DNA from: the human T2T-CHM13v2.0 reference genome, Homo sapiens
Reading direction: 5' to 3' (one strand)
Assembly (NCBI RefSeq): GCF_009914755.1
Contig: NC_060933.1
DNA length: 64,000 nucleotides
Shown piece by piece: positions 25,801 through 39,115 of this stretch (position 1 is the stretch's first letter; the number at the start of each line of letters is the position of its first letter). The translations under genes were made by a program, and so were the position numbers. Under the pieces are notes generated by a model. That model was not told the origin of the DNA. It searched no databases and saw only the letters and a program-made list of their open reading frames with translations.

Positions 25801-28489
25801 CTACAACCAATTTCAATGACTGATAGCTGCTGAAGTCACCCACACTACTTGGGAATCAGAGCAGTTAGCTGTCTGGCTGAGCAAATAAAAAAATTATTTC
25901 AGGCTTTCGTTTCTTTGGCCTTTAACTTACGAATTTTGGCCTTTGATTTGACTGGATTTTTACACAGCAAAGTGATTTCATTTGGAGATTTATGTCAACC
26001 TCTGGAAATGTAATAATGGAAGAGTTATAGTGTCCACATTTGGTTCTTTCAGTATCAGTGACATATTATTGTCTGCATACTGATATTCATTTATTGTGTA
26101 CTACTGTAATCTACATTTGACAACATGGCTGGTGATAATTTGAGGTGGGAAAAATCAATAGTGTGGCAAAACCCAATAGGCTAACAGAACCAATACCTGC
26201 AGGATGTGGAGTATAATCTCCCTTCTTCTTTCCTCTGGTTTTTGTGAGTGTCTCCATTAGAACAATCCACCTGATCTTCTCTTTACTCCTCTGATTCTAA
26301 AGTTTGGCAGAAGACCCTGAGCACATCCACTTCAGCCCCCTCTTGACTCCTGCCTCTCTCCATGCCTGTGAGTTTCAAATCTCAGTCAATTTCTATGCTG
26401 TCATGTGATGATCAGGGAGGGCCAACTCTGCCCTGTTTGGGAGGCATTTGGTTGTTCAGCTGCACCAATTATCAGGTTGGTAAGTTGGCTTAACTCAGTG
26501 GTAGGGTATTAAGCCTTTTTGCCCATGCCTTTATAACCACGTTTTCCAATCATCTCTATAATAAAACTATTTGACCTCCATTTGTCTGTCTCCTGAGTCT
26601 TAATTCTGAATTGATTCCAGGCTCAGGAGGGGAAGAACAGGGAATTATTTATTGATCCCCTAAACCCTAAGAGCAGTGATTATAATAAAACACTGGATGA
26701 CATTATCAGATATTTATTATTATCAGATCAATCATTGTTTAACAGTCTTAATTCCTTTCATGACTCCATAACAAGACAATATTCTATAGAGAATCCACAG
26801 AATGTACACACCAAAGGGTCAGTAAAAGAGGAATGCCTTTTTAATAATAAATCATTTTTTGTGTGTTCCAATATTTTCAAGGAAGGAAGGCCTCAGGAAG
26901 AGATTTATATTAAGAGTCTGACAGTTCATTTGGAAACCTCATAAGGCAAAAGTTAGGAGTATAGTTATTAGAACAACTCTCAGGTTAGTCACGCTTCCTG
27001 TCTCTTTCCTCCCCTCATCCATTAAAAAGAGGAGGAAGAAAGAAAATAAGTTTCATAAGTTGAAGTTGGATTTAGCTAAGGTCACTTGAAATAACCAGCA
27101 GTATTTTTTCACTGCCTATATAAAATAATAAAAGATGCTCATATGTTGACTGATGTGTGTGGAACTACTTGCACAGCCTTCATAACAAAGAGCTCTGGGG
27201 TTTTGAAGATGGGTATTTTAATTGAAAACAACTACGAAAAATAAACTTTTATATGATTAACGTAAACCAGTTTTACTTAACATTACACAATTACTAATAC
27301 AAATTGTAAAAGTTTTGCCAATATGCTAAATCCTTTATTCCTCTCTCTAGTGCATATCCTAAATGCAATCAAAGGTGATGATTAGATGTTTTAAATTTAT
27401 TCTAGCAATTATATACTTTACGTAACTATTATTGAAATGCTCAAAAATAAAATAATGTGAATGGCAATCACAGATTTTAAAAACTGTCTTTGCTTTAGTT
27501 ATCAAGCAATCCAAAAAAAAAGAGCTGGAAATAGAGATTAAACATCTAATCTATAGCACCATTACAGAGAAATTATAGACTCCCTCAGCTTATATACAAA
27601 CCATGATGCCTCTACCCCACATTCTCTTTGATGAGAAAACATGATCCAAAACTTCTCCTCCCTTTGTTTAACCCAGTTCTGCACCAAGACTTCTACTTAC
27701 TTCACCATAACCAATCTCAGTAAGAGTTCTTTAAAGCAAAGGGTGAGCCCAACAGATTCACATTAAATTGTAATGTGAAACTCTAACTTCCTACAGAGGT
27801 TTGCACTAGGGGTGTGGGTATGTGTGTGTGTGCATAGTTTCTTCTGCAGCTTACCCTTTAACAAAACGTAAGAAATCTTAAATAAGTGAAACATTTTCAA
27901 TCACTAACAAGATATCTTGAGGAAGGACAACTATGAACTCCAGGGACTCAGGGCTTAATGGGAACTTTTCTATTTAATCTCTAAATTTTATTTCCCCTCC
28001 CCTAATTCCTGAAGTCTATATGCTTCCTCCAAAGGCCCAAGGTTCTGCCCTATTCCATTTCTGTGTAGGACATGAAATGGAGGTGCTCAGGGCAGAACAA
28101 GATTAATGAGCAGCCAGTTGGCTTCACATGTCGCAATCATTAAAGTGCATTAAATCATCACTGGAGAAAGAAATCAAATATAGTGCCTAATTTTGATTTT
28201 CCAATGCAACTTACACGACTTCAGAATGTTCGTGGCCTCTCCTGCCACAGAAGACAGGTTCTTGAATGAAGATTCTAAACATGCACACTCATATCCACAC
28301 AATAAAACAAACAGAAAATTGCTCCTAGGTGCTATTTTTAAATCTCCACTAAGTATTGAACTTAAAAAAAATATTTTTACAAGAGTATCCCATTATTAGA
28401 CTTCCTAGGATTACTATAAGTCCCCTGCAAGATGACTTTAGTTCCAGGCTTATTTATTCATTTATTTTTAAATCACTGCTCAAAGCTTG

Positions 28490-29120
28490 GAGACACTAAG
28501 AATTAACTCCAACAAGTGGATATGAAGTCCAGCTTCACCACTGACTGGGTTTTGAACCCCAGAAAAATTAATGCAACATTAGAACCTGAGTTAACTCATC
28601 TCTACAATGGGAATAATAATGAGAATAATGACTATCTTTTATAAACTGAATTATGTCACCCTCAAAAAAGGTGTGTCTGAAGTCCTAACCACCAGTACCT
28701 CAGAATGTGACTTTCTTTGGAAAGAGAAACTTTAACAGAGGAAATCAAATTAAAATGAGGTCATGTTGAAGTGGGATGGACCACTTATCCAATATAACTA
28801 GCGTCCTTTTAAAAAGAATAACGTGAAGAAGAGACACACGGTACAAACATCATGTGAAGATGAAGACAGAGATTGGAATGATATATCTACTAGTCAAGGA
28901 GTGCCAAAGATTGCCAGCACACCATCAGAGCTAGGAGGGGGCGTGTCTCATCTCCAGAGCTATGAAATAATCAATGTCTGTTGTTTAAGCTGCTCAGTTT
29001 GTACTACTTTGCAATAGCAGGCTCAGAAAACTGACACACTACTCAAAAAGGTGATTGTGAGGTTTAAATAAAGTGATATATAAAGCATGTCTCACAGGAT
29101 AAGCTCTTAATAAATTAATA
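28490..29120 (+). mobile_element. MIR interrupted by an MLT1 LTR
   Basis: MIR core ctcatctctacaatgggaataataat ends at about 28630 and resumes gtgattgtgaggtttaaataaag at about 29050. Confidence 0.65.
28637..29038 (+). mobile_element. Solo LTR MLT1B/C-like
   Basis: ctgaattatgtc...gaagtcctaaccaccagtacctcagaatgtgac...tgttgtttaagc...aaactgacaca. Confidence 0.85.
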
Positions 29121-31049
29121 TTAAAAATAGTAACAGTGGTGGGATATTTTGAAACATAACCATTTGGTAGATTATACAACAACTATATTCGATTTATTCT
29201 TCATTTCTATTTTTAGGAATTTAAATAAGAAAATATTCCAGTGGTAAGTCAGGAGACAATGAAGGAATTATAAAGGAGATAAATTTCTTACCAGTCAGTG
29301 TGTGCTAATTGTTTCAATCCCCTGTAAATGGTTTGGCACGAGAGGAGGTTGGAACACTTAGCTAAATTGAAGTTTGGGGATTATCTGTGAATTTAAAGTA
29401 TCTATGCCATTTTGGCCCCTATTAGCACAAGTAATTGAGAGGAAAATCTTGCCAGTTATGCTTTTCCATAAGGCTTAATGTGGACTTCGATATTTAAGTA
29501 ATTCATTAGCAGGCTTAAATGGTATCATGGAACAACATTAAAGTACGTAAGAGATAGTCTGTGACCTTCATTTTAGAGATGAACAAATTGAGACCCATAG
29601 AGGTTATAATGAACTCAAGGTTTATTATAACAGTTTACAGTGGAAAAGCTGACACTGGAATCCTTGTGTACTAGTTTCTTGTAAAAATGGAGTGTGCCTT
29701 TCAAAATTCTGTGAGTTTGATTTTTAGAATCCCGTGGAGCTTTTTAAATTATCAGAACTCCAAACTCTGCACATGGAACTTTAAGATCGAGGTTGAGGGA
29801 ACTCAGATCCAGGGAGAAGAAAATGACATTAACATTTTCAGTAAAGAAACCTCAAAAGTTTCATTTGGGGAAGGAGATGCAGTGGGGACGGAGGGCAAGT
29901 ATTTTTACACTAAAATTATCAGCTGTATACAATTTTAGAAAAATCGTTTTACATTGTTTAGAAGATCCATTAAATATGGCCTGGCACGACCTTTCTAGGA
30001 CAAGTCATTAAAGCCCTAAATGGTATTTGGAAATGCTGCTACCTCAGATTGAGGTCATTTGCATTATATAATAAAACACACAGCATACTTTGCTTGGCAA
30101 GTTCACTGGAATGGCTGAACTTTGGCCCCTTGCATGATTTTGCAAATACAGAGTATACTTGTTCTCTACTTAACAACTAACCCCACTTAAATTAAAACAA
30201 GCTGCCCCCTTTTCACCTCTGGTGTGCTCTGCTTTTAAGTATGCATTGTGAGAAGAAATGTTAGACTTTTAATACAACAAACTTTGTTTCATTGCATTAG
30301 TTTTTTCACTTTGGTTTATTATTTTATATTTTCAGTTTTTATAGGACATTTCCATGTGGTCTTTCCCCAAGGACATCACTACTGTAATTGAGGGGCCCAG
30401 TACAGAATCTATTCCAGAAAGAATCATTCAGTTTCATTTTGTAGCTTCATAGCCCAGAACCAAAACGTTTCAAAAAACACTCAATAACACCAATACAGGG
30501 ACCCCTCTGGACAACATATCAATTTGTGTTATGAAGTGAATTATAGCTGGACCCGCCAGAGCTGGTATAGTTAAGTGTCTGTCAGTGTTTCCATTATACT
30601 TTGAGGGCTTTGTTCTTGGTTGCAAAAATACCCTTCAGGCTAAAGCACGCAAGGCTAATGTGGGGAGTGACTGTTCCCTTTGTTTATTTTTTACCATTTA
30701 AAAACACTAGCTCTCTTGTGTGTTTGCTTGTTATACATTTTAAAATAAAGAAATTTTGGTTTTATAAATCAACAGTCTGCCAGAGTGATGGTGGTTTTAA
30801 TGGGGTGAGCTTAGGGTATGAAAGTTCACAAGAGTTGGTGTGATCCACATTGTGCATCCTGGAGGTTATCAAAGCCTCAAAAAGGAAGGTCCAATGTGTC
30901 GCAGATGCTCTCTGAAAATTACAGGTGTAATTATTGGGCCTCTAAATTTTAAATTCAGAGGTCACCATTTATATCTTGGATGGAATATGACTGCATTATG
31001 TTTAGGGTTTAGCTTTGTCTTCCCTTTTTCATGCCCCTATCCTTACATT

Positions 31050-31340
31050 GAATCCATGCAAATTCTTCCCTTAAGAACCTAGCTCAAATTTCCTATTTTC
31101 TAAGAAAACTCGGATTTCCTCAAATAGACTCAGATGTTCTTCCCATAAGCTTACTTAGATCCCCTAGATCCAATATAGCAATTATTATATTATACCATTT
31201 GTCTGTGTGTCTTTTTCTTCACCAGGCTGGATGATCTGAGGAAAAGAACTACTTATTAGCAGAATGCTAGACATATTAAATATTAAATATGCTCAGTAAA
31301 AACTGATTGCTTGAATGAAAGGATGGAGGGATGAATGGAA
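31050..31340 (+). mobile_element. L2 3' end
   Basis: cttcccttaagaacctagctcaaatttcc...tgctcagtaaaaactgattgcttgaatgaa...gaatg tail repeats. Confidence 0.6.
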
Positions 31341-32199
31341 ATGTGTTCTGTGAAACAGAATTAATGACAAGGGAACTGGAGGAATGAAAGAGTCTTTGAA
31401 AAACAGGGACTATCTTTAATATGACTTCCTGGTTCTAGTTTTCAATCTTCCAGAGGGTACAAATTCTTACACGCCCCGTAATGAAGAACCTCCCAGGAAA
31501 CTGGATGACTTGTAAACTTTTACTGGAAGAAATAAATGCAATGGGATTTGTTGAGAAAACTACTGTTCAAGGAGCAAGGAGATGAAATGTTTATTCTGAC
31601 TTAGTCACTGACTCGGTGACCCTCTTCAAGTTACTTAACAGCTCAGTGATTCCATCTCTCTGCAAATGGTGATAAATAATAGCAGTTCTTGACGGCTTCA
31701 CAAGAATATTTGGCAAAAAATGCATTAGCATCTTTGAGACATTTTATTAACAAACAAACTATATATATTACACAATATTATACTGATATTACATGCTATG
31801 TACTAAATAATTTATTTTTAAGGGCACTATATTGTTGAAATTACATTAACCTAATCACAAAGTATAATTGGAAGGTTTGTTTCTTCTACTTGTTACAGGC
31901 AGTTGGACTATATTCTAAAAAGAAAGTTTATGTAAAGTAGATTGTTCAATTGTTTCTGCATTTAGCATGTGAGGACAGCCTATGTGATTGGTATGCTGAA
32001 TAAGCTGTCACGTTCTACCTGAATCACCAAACACATCTTCAATAAAAGGTGCTAAGGAGAATTACCAATGCTTTTAGAAGAAAATGATAGAGGAAATTAT
32101 TTTTTTTAATCACAGGTTTGCAAAGCAGGTTAGACTTTAAGGACTTGAAAGCTTCCAGTGTTTATCAAAGGATAATTTGCGAATCAGCTGCTTTGATGT

Positions 32200-32345
32200 A
32201 ACCTGGAATATTGTACTGCAGAGCCACAGACCCCATTCTGGATTTAAGGAATAAGAAATTTTGGGGAGATATACAAGAATCTGCATATTAAACAAGATCT
32301 CCAGATGATTCCTATAATCACTCAGGTTTGAGAACCCCAGTGAGA
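32200..32345. mobile_element. MER5A-like hAT-Charlie DNA transposon fossil
   Basis: agaatctgcatattaaacaagatctccagatgattcc...aggtttgagaacc. Confidence 0.65.
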
Positions 32346-33589
32346 TCTTGCATCTTTTGGTTCAGGAGGCAAATGAAAAGAGTACAGACTGCAGAAGATC
32401 AGGAGAAGGAAATTGAACTTCCCAGTGTACCAAGGGGTGATAAATGATCATCTCCCTTTAAAATCACTGAGTATGCTACCTTTTGTAGAATTTGAGAAGG
32501 AATTAGAAATTGTTTTAAGGGTAAAAATTGGGAAAAAATTGTACTAAAAAGACAGGAAAAAGGAATTGACAGCTTCAGTTTGTTGTCTGTTACCACGGTT
32601 TAAGGGTAGATTGTATTTTTGGAAGAATAAGGCAGAGCTCCTCAAACTCTTCCTCATTCTTTCTTCCTCAGGCCTTTGGAGGCAAGCTGATCTGCTTAAG
32701 GTTCACAATCAGTTTTATATTTTTCTAAAGGTTTGTGCTTCCAGCAACTATGAAGAAAAATTGGGTAAAATAACAAATATAGTACAGTTATTATAATCCT
32801 TCGCTACTGTTACTTGATACAGCTTGGTTGCTTTGTTTCTATTAGTAAGGTAGCATTTACACACGTGGAAATTTAAGCAATTGTATAAAAGAATACAAAG
32901 GCAAACGAAAAACACCTGAGGTTCTGATACAGCATAGGAATTACTGCTCTCATTTTGGTAAAAATTCATTTAGACTTACTTACTCATTGTCAAATATTAT
33001 TCAATTTATATAAAATTATACCTGTAATTACATTTACATATTTTACATATATAAACATAAAACATATAATTTTATATTTTAAAACATTTTATGGTTTGCT
33101 TTTCCATGTCAATGATGCTTTTAATAATTATATAATCATGAATACCGTTCTTATCAAGTAGAAAATAATTAGACCGAGGTTAGAGCTGCTGTCAGCTGTT
33201 TTATCTCCTTCAATTCTTATATTGAAGAAATGCATTCCCTCTCATAAACCTTTATATTCCTCTTATTTTTAGATTGAGGATATCTGGAAAACTCCCTCCT
33301 TCTTTCAACACCTCTCTGTTCTAATATCGACCTCAAGCCACTTTAGAAAAAAATATTCTGACGAACGACAGAGATGAACATAAATTCTAACTCTGAGTCT
33401 TCTGGAGCACCAGAGGGTTATGTGAGATTCATTAGCTTCTAAATAAGACAAAGTCTATGGTTTCTCTCTCAGTATTTGCCTCTTGTGATGACTTTGATCC
33501 ACACTTCCTGGAGAGTGCTTTCTAGAACACTAGTTCCTTTGGATTCAAAAGAGAGCTACACAAGTTTAACATTGTAACATTTATTCAGT

Positions 33590-34010
33590 TTTAACAATGG
33601 TTTACGTTCATTGTATTGGTTACTTTATTGAATTCTTACAACCACCATATAAGGTAAAAGCCATTTCTATCTATATAGGAATAAGTGGGAAACTGAGCCT
33701 CAAAGAGGGTAAGCAGAAGGTCCACACAACTTATTCAAGTGGAGCAGATAGGGGGTGGGGGTTGGAGGAATGGGGAACAACTGTTTAGTGGATACAGAGT
33801 TTTCCTTTGGGGTAATGAAAATGTTTTGGAACTGGATAGAGTTTGTGAATACATTGTGAATGTACTAACTGCCACTGCATTGTTCACTTTAACATGGTTA
33901 TTTTTATGGTATATGAATTTTACCTCAATAATAAAATTAGTAGAGCAAGCAATTAAACCCTGTCAGATTCCAGAGACCACAGTCTTAAAGATTACAAAAT
34001 ACTGCCTCCC
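33590..34010 (-). mobile_element. MIR interrupted by an L1M 3' tip
   Basis: ggaaactgagcctcaaagagggtaagc before the L1; gtagagcaagcaattaaaccctgtcagattccagag after it. Confidence 0.55.
33745..33935 (+). mobile_element. L1MB-like extreme 3' end
   Basis: gatacagagttttcctttggggtaatgaaaatgttttggaactggatag...gaattttacctcaataa. Confidence 0.85.
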
Positions 34011-35336
34011 ATGTGGTTAAGCTAGCTCCACATTTTTCTAGACTGAACATTAGTAACTTTCTACTGCAGAAGTTTTCAATGTCTTTGTTGTGCTGAAAAA
34101 CATGCTAGTCGTTTTCAAATTACTTTTTCTGTGAAGCTCATTTTACCTGGAAAGTTTCCACAAGAATGTGTTTCATAAAATACTTTTATAGAATCACTGT
34201 TTTCTTCAAACCAATGAAAAGAATGTTTATTACAGAATTATTTTATCTTAGATGGTCTACTTAGTATGACAGCAAAAGTTCACAGGAATTCAGGCCCTAT
34301 AACAAAGATTGGGCAGTTTACCGAGATTCCCTTTATGACCATTCCTTAGCAGTTGTTCATAATATAAAGAGTAAAAGTGCAAAGGATACTAATCAATTTT
34401 ATCTTTGATTCTCTGCTTGAAAACATTTAATATTTACTCTTCGGTTAAGTTTCATGCAAATAGTAGCTCTGCTACATGCACATAAATCTATTTAAATATC
34501 ATGATAAAAGACAAAAGATGTAAGGAAGAATACATTGGCATCTGCAATTTTTAACACAGCAGCTTCTGGGCTTAAATAAGTCTTTCATAAGCAACTGAAA
34601 ACACTAATTTTATGAATTTGAAAAAACAAATGGATGTTTAATGTAAATTTTCAGTATCATTTTTGTTCAGTTATTTTCTCAATAGGGAAGACAACGATTT
34701 CAGAAAAAGTTAAAACACTTGGAAATTCAGAGCAATAATTTATTATAACATAATTATATCTTATTTGATCAAAATCAACTTATAACCCAATCTTCCTGTT
34801 CTCTTTTTAATATATTAGCCACTAGAATTTCATAGAAAGGATGTGGGGTTTGGGATTAGCTAAAACTCAGTTTGCCTGTCACATATTATGCATTCTATTA
34901 TTCAGTTTCTCATATAAATATAAGATAGGATATGCCTATCTTATAAAATCTTCATCATGAATTCATAAGCCATCCTTCCAAAAATATGTATATACTTTTA
35001 ACCATCTTACTCATCATAACTAAGAATTTTGACTCTGCTAATTTTTACCAGCCTGCCATTATTGACTTCACTTCCTTCTTTGCACATTGTGGAGCCCAAG
35101 TGAAGCCATTTCCTGGGGGGTTCCTAGAACCCCCGAATCTCTGATCTAAGTCATAATTATTACCAACTTATCAGTGCTTACATTTGGATAGTTCCACTGC
35201 CATATCTGCCGGTGAGCCTCTCGTGTTGCTGGGGAAAAGTCCCCAAATAATACTGATTGGGTGTATTGCAAACACATCCTAACACCTGCGGGCTGTATTT
35301 GAACTGCTCAGTTCACATCTCAAGAGTAAAAATGGC

Positions 35337-35359
35337 AAAAAAAAAAAAAAAAAAAAAAA
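35337..35359 (+). repeat. A23 homopolymer (T12 follows at 35381-35392)
   Basis: Direct read; no Alu or L1 body attached. Confidence 0.95.
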
Positions 35360-35559
35360 TTGTATTCTCCCTTAGCAGACTTTTTTTTTTTTATTCCTGA
35401 ATAAAAACATCACTTATTTCCTTATAAAAAAACAGACATTATTCAATGTAGCTCTCTTACTTCCATTCGCTTGGCTTTTGTATATTTTTATTAATGTTTA
35501 CTTTTAAGGCAGTTTTTATTTTATGAAAGCAACACAAACCCATGTACCTTCTCATATGT

Positions 35560-36270
35560 GAAGACTGCTATATGGCCACCTGTGATGGTGGCTGATGAGG
35601 GGTAGGGATGGGTAGGAGAAGGTCAAACCTCAGCCAGCTCTGCCACATTAGGCAACACTATAGAAGTGCCCTCAAGAAGTAATCTGAAGAATCACCAAAT
35701 GATTGTGAGAGAGGCAGCGTGTGAGTTCCAGGTTCTCAGAAAGTACATAAAGCCAAAGATAGAACAGTGGCTACAACCAACAAAGGAGAGACAGCACTTG
35801 CCAAGGGGAGTTACATATGGAAGGACTGTGTCCCTCCTTCCTCCCTTGCCCCAACCAAGACAGACAGCAGGGAAGCAGAAAAAGACATGAGAAAGCAAGG
35901 ACGCTCCAGAACCTCTTACCATTCCCTCATCGCCACCCACCCCCAACCCCCATCCCACTACTCCCACCCCCCATATATTCAGAGCAACTGGAACATCAAG
36001 TCTCTCTTGTGTACAGGCAAGGGGAAGATCTCTGAATCAAATATGAGGTTGAAGATTTAAAATAATCAAAACTAATTCTTAATAAAAAAAATAAGACGCT
36101 TTAATAACAAAAAGTGACTGAAAAGCTATAGAATTGTCAAATGTGATTAAGGTAGCAAGTATGTTACCCAGCAAGAAAGGAATGCTGTCAGAGAATGGAA
36201 GGTGGTGTTTAAAGAAAAAAAGTTGTATCATTTTATACCCTCAAGATTTCAGACTTTTTATCAAACCAAT
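35560..36270 (+). mobile_element. Probable ancient LTR (LTR78/85 or MamGypLTR-like)
   Basis: Purine-rich body and terminal aaaagttgtatcattttataccctc resemble these families as remembered; weak. Confidence 0.35.
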
Positions 36271-36754
36271 TTTGATGATTTCCGTAGTAAAATAATTTTC
36301 AAAAATAACTTATTCCTTAATTTCTATCTTTGAGCAAGCAGGTCCCTAGCTCCTTTTTCACAGTAAATCTATTCCTAGCCTGATGCCCCTGAGATCCTAT
36401 AGTAATACACATATGGTCTAGCCTGTGTTCAGTCAGTCTGTACTGGTAATGATTACATTGGTTATTAAAATATTAAACTACTATGTACCATTGGTAAACT
36501 GGCACTGACTGCCGCAAACCCCAGCCCCTAGTGCTCTGGTAGTCTTGGTCGCTCCTCAAGAAGTCCCCACAACCCAGTAATTAAAGTATTAATGCTAGTA
36601 CAGCTGAGGAGCCTCCCAGTCCCTGCTCTACTGAGTGGAGTTCTGTTTGGTTAGCACCAGTACCTTATTAGTTTTAAATTTTGAGTATAAACTCAGTCTG
36701 TAATGTAGAATTCAGAAAATGATGCAAACATCTTCAAATAGTCAAGGTCTGTCT

Positions 36755-37056
36755 TTTTTTTTTTTTTTTTTTTTTGAGATGGAGTCTCACTCTGTCACCC
36801 AGGCTGAAGTATAGTGACGCGATCTCAGCTCACTGCAACCTCTACCTCCCAGGTTCAAGCAATTCTCTTGCCTCAGCCTCCCAAGTAGCTGAGATTACAG
36901 GTGCCCACCAATACGCCCAACTAACTTTTTTCATTTTTAGTAGAGACGGGGTTTCACCATGTTGGCCAGGCTGGTCTCAAACTCCTCACCTTGTGATTCC
37001 CCTGCCTCGGGCTCCCAAAGTGCTGAGATTACAGGCATGGGCCACTGTGCCCGGCC
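36755..37056 (-). mobile_element. AluS SINE
   Basis: Full dimer; perfect TSD AAGGTCTGTCT at 36744-36754 and 37057-37067. Confidence 0.96.
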
Positions 37057-37796
37057 AAGGTCTGTCTGAAATGATAAATTGTTTCCTTTGCCACTGGATC
37101 TCCTCTGTAAACAAATATGCTCTATTCTTTCTATAATTTCAAATATATCTTTCTTTCCTTCTCCTCTAACCTGGTGTTGTACATTTTGCTCATGTTAAAC
37201 TTCCAGTATTGCCTGCTTAACTAGATTGCCAAGATTGTCTACCACTAGACATTCAAGATAATGGATTTTCCCTCTGAAGTTTCTCATAGTGTCTTGAGAA
37301 GGATCTCGTTACAAAGTGGATATCGCTACCCTATTTCTGTGTGTAATCTGAGTTCTAGATTGTAGCCTCAGCAAGCTTTTCCTGTCTCCCCGGGTCTATG
37401 CCACATATCAAAAATACATCTACTTTTTTTTTGTTACTGAAAACATTCATACATCTTACTGAAACCACTCAAATGCTGGTAGTATTTAAGGTGTATGATA
37501 AGTGAGAAAACCTTAGTGTTTTATGTAAGACAAAGTCCAGGAAATAGAAGAGTATTTATTTACATACAGTAAAATTTTTGAGGGTAAAACATTATTCTGA
37601 ATTTCAAGGAGACACAAGGGCTTGATATTTTTGCCCTCCAAGACCTGCTCCAATACCTTCTTAACTGTCACATGTTCATAACCTTTATTTCTATCCTTTA
37701 TTGCTTCTCAGGACTTCGGACTTATATGTACAGCCTCCTGATTGTCTGTCTGGACTTTGAGAGATCTCTTCTTCCCCATCATCTTTACTCAGCTAT

Positions 37797-37800
<4 letters not shown>

Positions 37801-37842
<42 letters not shown>
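37801..37842 (+). repeat. (CA)21 microsatellite
   Basis: Perfect run. Confidence 0.98.
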
Positions 37843-37846
<4 letters not shown>

Positions 37847-37899
37847 GATATATATATTCCAGCACTGTTCATACGTGTACTCAAAACTCAGCAGTTTAC

Positions 37900-38934
37900 A
37901 AATAATCTGATGAGGAAATAGGCAAACTACATGAAGATTTCACTGAAGAAGATAGACAGATGGTGAGTAACCACATGAAAAGACGTTCAACATCAATAGC
38001 CATTAGAGAAATGCAAATTAAAAATATTAATTCAATGAGATATCAGTATATACCTATCAGAATGGCTAAAATAAGAACGATCAACACCACCAAATGCTGG
38101 CAGGGATACAGAGAAATGAGCTAACTCATACATCACTGCTAGGAATATAAAATGGTACAGCTACACTGAAAAACAGTTGGGCAGTTTCTTATAAGACTAA
38201 ACATGTAACTGCCATACAATCTAGCAACTGTAGTCTTGGGCATTTATTCCAGATAAAGGAAGACATATTCATATAAAAACACGTATACAAATGCTTATAC
38301 ATTAGTGTAACAGACAAAAACTGGAATCAGCCCAGGTGTCTTTCAACAGATAAAAAGTTAAACTGTAGCACATACATACAATGGAATGCTGATCAAAAAT
38401 AAAAATGAACAAACTATTGATACATGCAACAACTTGGGTGAATCTCCAAAAATTAGGCTAAGCAAAAACCCAATCCCAAAAGGTATGATTCCATTTATAT
38501 ATCATGTTTAAAATGACAACATTTTAGAAATGGAAGACAGAGTAGTGTTGCCAGGAAGTATTGTTTAGGAAGAGGGTTGGGGTGGAAAAATGGAGGGAGG
38601 TGAGTGTAGTTATAAAAAGGCAACCTGTCAAATGCTCGTAGTGTTGGAACTATTCAATGTCTTGACTGTGGGGTAGGATACTTAAACTTACAAGGTGATA
38701 GCATTTTATAGAACATAATGAAGACAAACATGATTACAATGGGCATGGGGTAAATCTGAACAATATTGGGGGTTTATCTCAATTTCAATATGCTGGTTGT
38801 GATATTATACTATAGTTTTCCAAAATGTTGCCATTAGGGAAAACTTGGCAATGTGTACAGACTCTCTTATGTTTTATAGCTGCATATGAATGTAAAATTA
38901 TCTCAATAAAAATTTCGATGAAATTAAAAAAAAA
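37900..38934 (+). mobile_element. L1MC/MD-like 3' fragment
   Basis: catgaaaagacgttcaacatcaatagccattagagaaatgcaaattaaaa through tctcaataaaaattt plus A tail. Confidence 0.85.
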
Positions 38935-39115
38935 CTATTCATTATCATTCCATCAAATTGTCTCCCCTTCCCCCCACTCTGTATTTCTACATAAACTGAA
39001 CAGAATTAGTCCCAATTGCCTACATCAAAATCTGCGAATTATTCCATGCTCCACCTCTTTCCTCTTTATTTTGATCATGTTTGCAAAATATAATATTTTA
39101 ATATTCATTGCTTTG

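Noticed and set aside
33403-33422. CTCF-like gagcaccagagggtta
   Set aside because: Lacks the GGC(G/A)C 3' core; weak match.
35030-35359. A23 as the tail of a processed pseudogene
   Set aside because: No TSD, no correctly spaced poly(A) signal and no recognisable coding remnant upstream.
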